Below, piece by piece: positions 50,601 to 62,600 of a DNA stretch of 64,000 nt. The DNA comes from Antedon mediterranea (taxonomy: Eukaryota > Animalia > Echinodermata). Numbering within the stretch: position 1 is the first letter of the stretch; each line of letters starts with the position of its first letter. Location: positions 21,373,432 through 21,437,431 of the forward strand of contig NC_092679.1 of assembly GCF_964355755.1 (NCBI RefSeq), written 5' to 3'. The notes under the pieces were generated by a model. The model worked only from the letters and a program-made list of their open reading frames with translations. It was not told where the DNA came from and did no database searches. A program made the position numbers and the translations under genes.

Positions 50601-53600
50601 AGTACCTTTCACTACAGATACTGCTACTGAATGGGCTACCACAACCGGTAAGTTAATGTTCGTTCATAGTAAACAGCCTAATCCAAGAATAACGAAACAC
50701 AATCGTCGGACGACGATCTGTGCAAAGTTATAGCATAAAAATACACAAATAAGATCTAACCCATACAGTACACACACATAAACCAATGATGTAACAACTG
50801 AACACTAGAACTATAATATGATTCCATATCTTAGGACTTCAACTAAATGATATACATCATTAATATTGATAAATGACCTTTTTAAATGTCCAATTAGGCC
50901 TAGTAATTTACAGTAAAATAGTTGCTATTTCCTAAACATATTCACAAAATTAGTTTTATATAATATCTTGCCTGTAGATAAACCTTTCACTATAACAGAT
51001 ACAGTTACTGAATGGGCTAGAACAACCGGTAAGTTTAATTTTGTTTGATTGTATAAAACAGATATGTTAGAGGCCTAATCTAATAATTACTGTTGTAGGT
51101 TCGTAAAACACTTTGCTAGGACGAGGATTCAATGAGTGAATATCAGAACTATAGAACATTAACTAAATTTTTAATTTGAACATTGAGTAAAATAGTTGTT
51201 ATTTCCTAAACATATTCACAAAATTAGTTTTATATAATATCTTGCCTGTAGATAAACATTTCACTACAGATACGGTTACTGAATGGGCTAGAACAACCGG
51301 TAAGTTTAATTTTGTTTGATATGATATGTTAGAGGCCTAATCTAATAATTACTGTTGTAGGTTCGTAAAACACTTTGCTAGGACGCGGATTCAATGAGTG
51401 AATATCAGAACTATAGAATATTAACTAAATTTTTAATTTGAACATTGAAGTTGGTACATTACAAATTAACAAGTGTTTTTTTCAATTATAACTTCTTGTC
51501 TAAAAGATGAGCCTTCCACAGATGCGGTTACTGAATGGACAACCAGAACCTGTAAGTTGAATTCTTTTCAATTTCATATTAAACGGCTGATATAATAGGC
51601 CTAATCCAAGAATTTATTCGTAAAGTTGATTAACTTTGCACTTATAAACCGACCGTATACAAACATACACGAGTATATGAGTATGCTGATAATAGTTAAT
51701 AGAAAAAAATAACCATTGTGCGTACGCACATTCAATCAAGTTGACGCTTATTGGCGACAGGATATATATATTTAGCTGTTTTAATTATGGTAACTAATCG
51801 AGTAATAATTTGACAATTTCCCATATTTTTGGTAATTATATTTTCTTGATATATTTTAACACATTTTCAAAACAAACTTGTTAATTATTATTAACATTTT
51901 AATTATATGTTTTTTACTAGGCCTAAATTGAAATATCAATAATATGATTTTGATATTTATTTCAAAGATATTTTTGAGTAGAGTTGTCACAAAGGTGCAC
52001 AATTGATAACAGGAAGTCTTGCTAACCTCAAATATTAATGAAGAAACATTTTGTCCGAAGGTCTACGGTAATGAGGTTAAAAACCTGACGGAGTACTGTC
52101 AGTGAGTGGAAGTTTGAAACCTGGAAATCGACAGTTTCTTAATTTTTTTTTTCTTCACTGTCTATGTTTCAGTGCTCACTTTTATGATCAATTTTGTTGT
52201 TTTCATATTATTTGTAGTTAACTCTGAAATACAAACAAATTTCCAGTATGGATTTGATGGTTGGACTCAAGAATATGGTGATGATTTTGATTGGTCACGC
52301 AACAACGGCTCTACTTCATCATCTAACACTGGACCAACAAACGGACATTCTGGTTATGGTTGTAAGTTAGAAGAATTATAAGGTCTATGGTGACCATTTG
52401 TATAGTTGTGGTACACCATGTGATTACTTTTTAGATAAGAGCCAAGTAAAAAGTGTTTACGTTTTGGAAAAATTATTTACTTGATATTAGAATAACACAG
52501 TGTATTTGTTTACTTTTACACATAGCTGATTATTATGTTTATATTGAAACATCATCTCCAAGAAATAATAGAGATTCAGCTCGCCTAAGAAGTCCAAGGA
52601 TACCAGAAAGGCAAGGTCTATCCTTATCATTTTACTATCACATGTACGGAGATACAATGGGAACACTCAACGTTTACAGAACATCAAACTTAGGTGACCA
52701 ATTGTTATGGTCAAGAAATGGTAACCAAAGCAATGTGTGGCATGCTGGTACAGTTCAATTCGCACACAATGGTTATGGAAACAACTACATTATATTCGAA
52801 GGCATTAGAGGAAGTTCGTTCACTGGGGATATTGCAATTGATGATATTTACATTGGTGGTAAGTATAAATACTGTGGGCCTATTTGTATATAATTTTTTT
52901 TTTTACTTTTATGGGTGCTTCCCACTCTCATAGTGTACGGTACATCCATAATTTAATTTGTTTATATATAAAACGGGTAAATGATATATGATTATTAAGT
53001 AGATTTGATTAAAGCTTTCAGCTCTCTCTTCAATAGTAAATTGAAACCTATAAGTAGGCCTACTACAATTTTACAACAATGTTTTACAACATTACTACCG
53101 TATTTGACTATATTAATATTGCCCAATAGTATTCCAGTAACCATGTTTTGTTTATGCATACAAGATTTTATTACCGCAACTGGAAATTACTATTTTTTAG
53201 AACGTCACAACCAAATTAATTATTCATAAATTCATCTCATTATTTTAACTATAGGCCTACATTTTGTGGCATACTTCTTTCTCTTTCTATGCATGATGTA
53301 TCATAAAAATTTAGTGAGTCTGTGTAATATGTGTACTATATATGCATTAAATAATAAACTTTTAGTTTTTGTTCATGCCTCTTATTACAGATCGTATACC
53401 ATTCACTGCAATACCAACCTCTACAGATGATCACCCTACAGCTTCATCAACAGGTAGGTAACTCGCATCTATAATGCGACACAATAAAGGGTCTTTCACA
53501 CCTGTTCCGGCACGGTTCCGGTCCGGCGAATCGAACATCAATGTTTCGTTTTCACTACGCTCCACGCGGCTATGCGCCAATCAATATGCGCGTAGGCGCG

Positions 53601-56600
53601 TGAAAACGAAACATTAACGTCCGATTAGATTTTCCGGAGCCGGACCGGAACCTTGCCGGAACGGGAGTGAAATACCCTTAAGGAAGGACACAAAAGCATG
53701 TCACGCTTACTGTTGATAGTCCTGGTACGCATGCGTTAACCCTCTGTCTATTAGCTAGTTTCATTCAAGACAAGTTAGCCCTAATTTAATGTGTCAACGA
53801 AGGCTTCAACGACCAAGTATATTTGTATTTTTCCGTAATGTTATTTCCTTATTTTCTTTATTGGCTTAACAGATTGGCCTGTAACAACACCAAACTATAA
53901 CTGGGAAACAACAAGTCCTTCACAGCCAAATGTAACCAAAACATTTCTTTGTGGCAATAAAACTCAAATAATAACATCTCCTGGATATCCAAATTACTAT
54001 GGAAATAACCAGTACATCGAATGGAAATTTACTACTCACGTCGGAAGCTATCTTTCTGTTGAATTCTACGATTTTGATCTTGAGGGATGTTGCGATTATG
54101 TTACTGTTTATAGTGACGGAGACATGATTGGTAGATTCAGTGGTTCCAGTACACCATCATTAACCATATCTACCAACAACAACATAAAGATAGTCTTCAC
54201 CACAGATGGTAGTGTGGTAGAGAAAGGATTTCAGGCTGATGTATATGTATACCCTGAATCTCCAGGTATGTTTACCCTGAATCTCCAGGTATGTGTACCC
54301 TGAATCTTCAGGTATGTGTACGCTGAATTTCCAGGAAGGTGTACCCTGAATCTCCAGGTATGTGTACCCTGAATCTCCAGGTATGTGTACCCTGAATCTC
54401 CAGGTATGTGTACGCTGAATCTCCAGGTATGTATACCCTGAATCTCCAGGTATGTGTACCCTGAATCTCCAGGTATGTTTACCTTGAATCTCCAGGAAGG
54501 TGTATTCATCTTTTGGAGTTAAATGTACTACTGTATTTCCTTTTTACTGACATGGCGCATGTCAAATTGGACGTAATTTGACTGGATGTAGGATCGGAAA
54601 TGTCCTTTAAGCAGCGTAACCCAACACCTGGTTGTTGGTTGAATTTCATAATTTGAATAAAATGATAACGATGTTCATAAAATGTTTCTAAAATCAAACA
54701 AGGCCATATAGGTGGCTGCAGTCGCGTGCTCAAGTTAGTGTTTACCGACCGACCGACCGACATAGTGTGCTGTAGAGTCGCGTTGCATGCGACTAAAAAT
54801 GTCAAGCAACCGGATTTTCGGTATGTATCTAGATTTCTCCAGAATTGTAGGGAAAGAAGAAATGAAAACAAATTTAAGGTGTGTTTTGCAAACATATAGA
54901 CAGGAGAGAAAACACACACACACACAACATTGATTCTTTATTTCTTTCTTCTTCTTCTCAAAAGGATTTTGTTCTGATTTCAACGATGGATATAATGGTT
55001 GGACTGATTATTACGGTAACAATATATGGATGAGATCTTCCGAAAGATATGATGGTAACAACAATTTAGGAAGCCGTTACTCGGGCTCAGGTAAAATATA
55101 TGAACCAGATAAAACTCTCGTTTTTGGGTAGTCAATCAATACTAATGCCAGAATGCATTCTTTGTTCTGATTATATCAACAAATAGGTCTATCAGATAAA
55201 TTCAAGAAATATCAATTAATGTCGTTAATCTTTATAAGATTAAGGAAATAGAATAAATCAGAAACATCAATTTCACTAAAATTCTTTGTTTTATCAGATG
55301 ATTACTACATCTATGTTGCAAACAATTATGGTCACAGTGGATCGAAATATGGCTATCTTAACAGTCCAATTATACCAGACAGATGGAATGAAGCGTGTCT
55401 TAGATTCTATTACTATATGAGTGGAAATTCAAATCAAGGAATTTATGTATATCATTATGCTGGAAACTACGGGCAATTCGTCTTCACAGTATTTGATGAC
55501 TACAGTCAACGATGGAAGCCTGCCAATGTTACTATCAATACTGTTAATAAATATAATAATTACATGGTATTTCTGGGGATAGCATATGGTACAGAGATAG
55601 TTGCTGTTGACGATATTTATATTAGCGAGGGCGCATGCTCAGATTATCCAGGTATGAGTGTTTATTTACCTTGCAACAACAACATTTATTTAGAAACAGT
55701 TCAAGAAATAAAAGCAGTATATATTAATTATAATAACATAAATGGTAACGTTAAATAATAAATGTTTTAGGGATCAGAAAAAGAAGTAAAAGAACTTGCC
55801 AAATACCAACCCCTAAACAAAAACAACAACAAAACAACTGCATGACAAATTATTAGCTAATAGTACATCTATAAAGTATAATCCTTAAAAAATTCATAAA
55901 TGTTTTTGATATTTCATTTAACAAACAAGAATTAAACCTTGTAACTGTTTATTATTGCAAACATTTTAACTTATTTCAAATAAATTGGTATTAATGGCTT
56001 TATAAAATGCTCTTTAATTTATTATTAATCTTACAAAAATGTTCACTACATTAAAAACAAATTCTTGCTTATAGATGAACCTTCAGCTACAGATGTGGTT
56101 ACTGAATGGGATAGAACAACGGGTAGGTTAAACGGCTGTGATATACTGTATACTTAATCCAATAATTCCCATACTACACTTTTGATTAATTCGTTCTTGT
56201 ACACATGTATTTCTGCATCTCGTGCTGCTTTCAACGACGCAACAGTGCTGCAAACATCGCAGGTTTGATCTCACGCAGGCGGGGGCAAACACAATTATTG
56301 GAAGGGCATTTGCTAAAGCGTGGTTTCCACTAGCGACGCAACGCAAGGACGTAACGCAACGCAAATGAATTGACCAATCACAAGCGATGGCTTATTCGCT
56401 TGTGATTGCTAACCGTCTATAACTTCGCTTGTCATTGGTTAAAACGCTTGCGTTGCGTTTACGTCCTTGCGTTACGTTCAAGTGGGAACCAAGCTTTATG
56501 TTGCGTAGGTTGCGTTACGTTACGTCGCAAGTGGGAACCAAGCTTAAGGGATATTTATATGCGCTTTGACAATTGTCTGTTTTGTACTGTATGTTGTTAT

Positions 56601-59600
56601 TTTTTAGATTTGTATATATATATATATATGTACAAATATATATATATATATATTTGTATTAGAATTAAATTTTAAATGGAATTTTGTTATACTTTTTATA
56701 TTATAATGTAAATTTGGCGCAATTCAGATTTTTCTGCCGCTTGTATTTTTAATAAACCATAATTGAATTGAATTCCAGTAGTGCAAAAGTGCAATTACAT
56801 TTATACATCTTACATATTATACGCTTTCGATTGATTAATTGATAATGACTTGTTTTTTTCGAAGAAAGCGAGTTATATACATTATATTTACTTCAACTTT
56901 AAAGATATATTGTCCCCAAAAACATGAAAAATGAAGATTAATTAAATCAGACTTTGAATATGTTATTTGTAGTTTTAATAAGGTTAATCACTTCCGTAGA
57001 AAAAAAAACGATAAAAAAATAATATTTCACTTATAAAATGACAAAATAAATGGTTAAATTTAACCACAAACCCATTGGATGGCAGCCAATTTCACCATTT
57101 TTTGCTTTAATTTACATTTTTTTTCATGTAGGCCTAAGTACATTTTTTTCTTCGATCCAATTTTTGGTCAAAGTGGATAACCATTATGTTACATTAAAAT
57201 GACATATTCACCAAAAAATTGTTTAAGAATTATATTTTCAGGGGACAATACATCTTTAAAATGGAGTTTTATATGAAGTTTAGTTTATTATTATAATCGA
57301 AACATTTAAAAAATCATTTTAGTTTTTTCTGTATCAATACATTTGTTTTTGTCTTGTCTATAGATGTACCTTTCACTTCATCTCCGTTTACTGAATGGCC
57401 TAGAACAACATCAAACGATAACACCGACACAACAACTGGTAAGTTGAAGATATGGCATTCGGCAGATCCCCCCCCCCCCCCCCTCCACATGTGTGATATA
57501 AAGCAGACATTTTCTTTCATTTGAGCGCCGTACATGTACTTTCATAAACACTTTATAAAGGTCATGTTTTTTCTCTCAATTTTTTGTGTAATTTTAGATA
57601 TACGCCCTCCCCTTACGCGGTTGGATATTCCCTCCTTAGTGTTGTTTGAAGTAATGAAGGTGATCCCACTCACATCCACGGCAAACCCTAATATTAATAC
57701 TAAAAGAGCAACTTCTTAAACTCTTTTTTTTTCCAATATAAATTCTACGCATAGAGTGAATCGAGAGTATTTAGTTTGTGACGTGAAAGTTCTGCAACCA
57801 ATCAGAACTCCAGAATGAAATGTATTCGAGTGAATGGAAAGCATTGATTTTCTTTGTGACGTGAATAGTTTTTCAACCAATTAGAACTCCAGGATTAAAT
57901 TAATTTGTGTGAATCGAGAGCATTGATTTTTTTTTGTAAGGTTTTTCAATCAATCAGAACTCTGGAATGGAAAACAGGTTTATAAACACAATATGAACAC
58001 AACGAAACAACTTTTTGAATAACTATTTTATCTTGACCTCCCCTTTCTTGTTATTAATGAGATTAAAAATGGATAGTAGATTATGTAATTTTATTATGTT
58101 TGTTGTTTTTTATCTAGTTACGCGTAATCCAAATGGTAGCTGTTTTGGTAAATGTGGTGGATACGACCAAGGCTGCTTTTGTGACAACATCTGTGAGGCT
58201 GAACGTGACTGTTGCTCCGATTATTTCTTGCTGTGTGCAAGTAAGATTAGAATGTTTAACAAATTACATAAATATAACTTATGAATACTTTATCAATTAT
58301 TGTAATTGGCGAGTTTCTTTTCTGCTATTGGATGCGTGTTTCATCCCACACAAAACGACTGGGGTAATAGTATTCAGCGCTTAGAAGTTTCAGAACATTA
58401 GGCGCTAAATCCAGGATATTATTATTTATTATTATTATGAAAAAAATATTTAAATATTAAGGGACACTTGGTTATTCAAATGTTATTCAATAATATTCGT
58501 ATTTTTATACAGGTATTTTGATTATGATTTATTATCTTCATTATTTGTATTATAATTCATTCTCATTGCACCATATTTTTTCATTATCACTAATATTATC
58601 ATTATAATTATTTATTTATTTATTATTTAGGTATATTTATTAATATTAGGCATATTATCAATATTTCTATTATCATCATAATTAAGAATGAACGGTACTA
58701 TTAAATAGACCAATACGTAGGGTAAAATTAAATTAATAAGATTAATCCAAATATTACGGTTAGTAAACATTGGCAATGTTTCCATTTTTCTATAATATTA
58801 TCATTATTTAACATTGGATAACAGTGGTGGATCCAGATTTTCCGACTAGTTGGATCAGAATATTGTAAAATGAAAGACTAAACGTATCCTAACGTTTTAT
58901 TTTTGGCATTGTATTTGTTAAACTATAAATCCTGGATCCGCTTATACTGTAGATCCATGACTTGAAAAAGGACCTTCCTAATTTGGAATGTATAGTATAT
59001 TCTATACGGTATTATTAAATATAATCAGTGCACATAATGGTTCACTATCCCATAATAATAATTGTTTTATTTTCTTTTAAAGACAACACTACAGTTTCTA
59101 CTGAACGGCCTACAACAACATCATACTATAACGTAGGAACAACGACCGGTAATTTAGCAGCTTTTAGATAACGTTATACATTTTTATGTCACATATTATT
59201 TTAATCTTACGCTGTGAGACCATATTCTGGTTTTCACGTTTATGACAAAAATCGTTAAATTGAATTTAACGAATAATACTATAAACCATCCATCAATTAC
59301 ATCCCGAAAGACTATAAAAATACTGAGAAACAAAGTTGTTTGTGAAAAAATACGTAAAATGTTTTATCTATATACAATGGTTGAACGTCTGATTCGACTC
59401 TGATCAAAATAATGTTTCTCTAACCAGGTCCTTTCCAACCGAATAATACTGAAACATTTCTTTGTGGAAACGAAACTCAACGAATAACATCGCCTGGATA
59501 TCCAAACCAATATGGAAACAACCAGTACGTCAACTGGACATTCACTACTCACGTTGGAAGTTTGCTGTCTGTTGAATTCTACGATTTCTATCTTGAGAGC

Positions 59601-62600
59601 AACTATGATTATGTGACTATTTACAGTGATGGAGAAATGATTGGAAGGTTCACTGGTTCCAATACACCACCAATAACCATATCCACAAATAACATAATAA
59701 CGGTTGTCTTCAGTTCAGATGGCAGTGTGACAAGGAAAGGATTTCAGGCTAATGTGTATGTATACGCAGAAGGTCGAGGTATGTAACGTGCACATCGAAA
59801 CGGACATACTTTAAAAAAAAAAAAATAGAATACTGTTGCTGTTGGCATATTCGGCATAGAGCAAATTTTTCAAAAATATAAAAACATCATACTATATCTA
59901 AAGTTAATTTTCAACTATCAACTCGATCATCTACTTATTAACCTCATTTTAATTATCAGATGGATTTTGTTCTGATTTCAACGATGGATATTCTGGTTGG
60001 TCTCATTATAACAGTTACAATCGGTGGGCGAGATCTTCAGAAAGATATAATGTTGATGATTTAGAAAACCGTTACTCAGGATCAGGTAAAAAATATATCT
60101 TTAAAATTTGATCTATCATTCAATTATACTTTCCTTTATGTTAATAACAATTCGGCCTTATACAAACAATGAATGTTTATGAGTTTAATAGTGAGAATAT
60201 AGAATATATGTTGACTATGATATGTATGTTTACCCATTCACACTCATACCGTAATCCAACAAAGGATACATGGTATTTTAGGCCTTGGCCCTACACACGG
60301 TCGAACGTGTACTGTACTATACGCTACTCGATTCTTAGGCCTACTGTATCATAGCCCATAACATAACCATTCCCCTTAAAACCGCCAGGCGGTGGTTAAC
60401 ATGAGCGTAAAATGTCTATCGTATATCCATTTCGTCGCAGTTAAAGAATGATATAAATACTGTACTTACATTCATACGATTTTCGGGCTCACTGTCACCA
60501 AAGAAAATAAAGTTATATGATGCCACTTCGTGTAGAATGTTATTGACTACCTATCCTAATTTGCATATCAATGTGCCCTCAGTCTACCTACAAGCGCGAT
60601 GCACATAATACAACACAAACGCTCATACAGTAGAAATAAAACAAAAACGTTGTTAAATTGCAATGAGAATGATATAAAATAAATATGTAAATTAATAATG
60701 ATATTTGGATTAATTCTTTCAGATGACTATTACATTTATGTTGCGATCAACTATGGTCAAAGTGGATACAAATATGGTTACATTAACAGTCCATATATAC
60801 CAGACAGATGGAATGAAGCGTGTCTTAGATTCTATTACTACATGAGTGGACAATATAAACAATACATTTCTATATACAATAATTATAACTACTACTACTC
60901 CTCCTTCCTGTCCACCATAAATGATGATTACAGTCGACAATGGAATTCTGCAAATATTACTATATACACTGGCGATACATACAATTCTTACTTGAGAATC
61001 GACGGTAGAGCATACGGCGGCTATTACGATAGAGAGATTGTTGCTATAGATAATGTTTATATTAGTGAAGGCGCATGCTCAGGTAAGATCTTTGGTGTAA
61101 TACCATTATTATGATTTCAATTGGAAGTAGAAATCAGAATTTCTGGATGACGGACTGATTTTATCAGAATATATAAAAAGAGTACACTCTTTAAATATTT
61201 GATATTATTTTCAGATCAATCAGCAAGTACAGTTTATCCTTCAACTCAGCCAGTTGTTACAACTCCTGAATGGATAGAAACTGGTGAGTTTAACCAAAGA
61301 ATAATTAATTTAAAATGTTTAAAATCATACACTTATTTAATATAATTGAATCACAAGTTTTCTAGGATTGTTTACACGTTGCTATGGATCAAATTTGAAT
61401 GGATTGTGGGTACAACGGTTTTTTTTTAAAGTATAGACTTATTTACTGTAAAATTCTACTAGCCTACCGTACTTATTCTAATTTCTAATTCTAGTCTATT
61501 GTAATCAACCTTTCCAATCCCATCATTTTTTTTTCTTTTTAGATATTGTATGCAGTAATTCATACATGACAGTTTACCTTGATGCGGCTTCACTTGGAAG
61601 TAACAGCACCGCACACTTTATAGACCCGACGTGTGGCATGATGGGATACACGTATCGCAACGGCATGTATTGGCTGTATTTATATACTAGATACGATCAA
61701 TGTCAAACAACAATTAAGGTAAGAAAAGATTTTTACCTTTTTTAAAACAATAAATGAGGTTACAAGCAGACCTGCATCTAATTGTTTTCCCTATCAACAT
61801 GTCTTATTAATTATATGTCTTTTCAGTCGACCTTGTCCTCAACAACTTACCAAAACCAAGTAATTGTTTCGAACGAAGGTGTTTCCAGGATTTACAGGAA
61901 AGACGACAGTCGCATAACCGTCGAGTGTGAACTAAAAAATACAGGTCACTCATCCGTTAGTTTTGACCCAGTTGGAGCAGAAAAAGATTTCCTAAAACGC
62001 GATCATGACAACTTTACATTCGCAATGGAGCTTTATACAGACAGCAGTTATTCTACCCCATACCCGAGCTGGCAGTATCCAATCGAACTGGAGCTAGGAA
62101 GTAAAGTGTTTGTTGGTGCGAGTGTGAAGACTTTTAGTAATGATATGGTTCTGTTTGTCGATTCTTGCAAAGCCACACCAAACCCCGACCCTGATGCTCA
62201 GCCTAACTATGAATTAATTAAAAACAGGTAACTAGTCAGTATAGTGTGGTAGGCCTATTACTGATAATCTTTATAATAGTAAATAGGTTCTACCTGGTTA
62301 TGGGTTCTATCTGGTTATAACTGGATCTATCTAATTATAACTGGTTCTACCTACTGTAGTTATTTCTAGCTGGTTATATCTGGTTTTAACTGGTTATAAC
62401 TCGTTCAGCCTGTTTTTTTACGATTAATTGTTAAAAGCTTAACTCTCGGTGCTGTCTTGTGGTCTCAATTCCAGAAGAGGTATAATATGAAATATTTGTT
62501 TTAGCATATTTAAGCGACATTTGTATTTCTTAACTAGATTAATTTTTCTTTCTTCTATGTAGTTGTGGTGTAGATTCTACAGTTAGTTTCGACGGAAAAT

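Noticed and set aside
54231-54509. 92-aa minus-strand repetitive ORF
   Set aside because: Antisense reading of the 23-bp donor repeat
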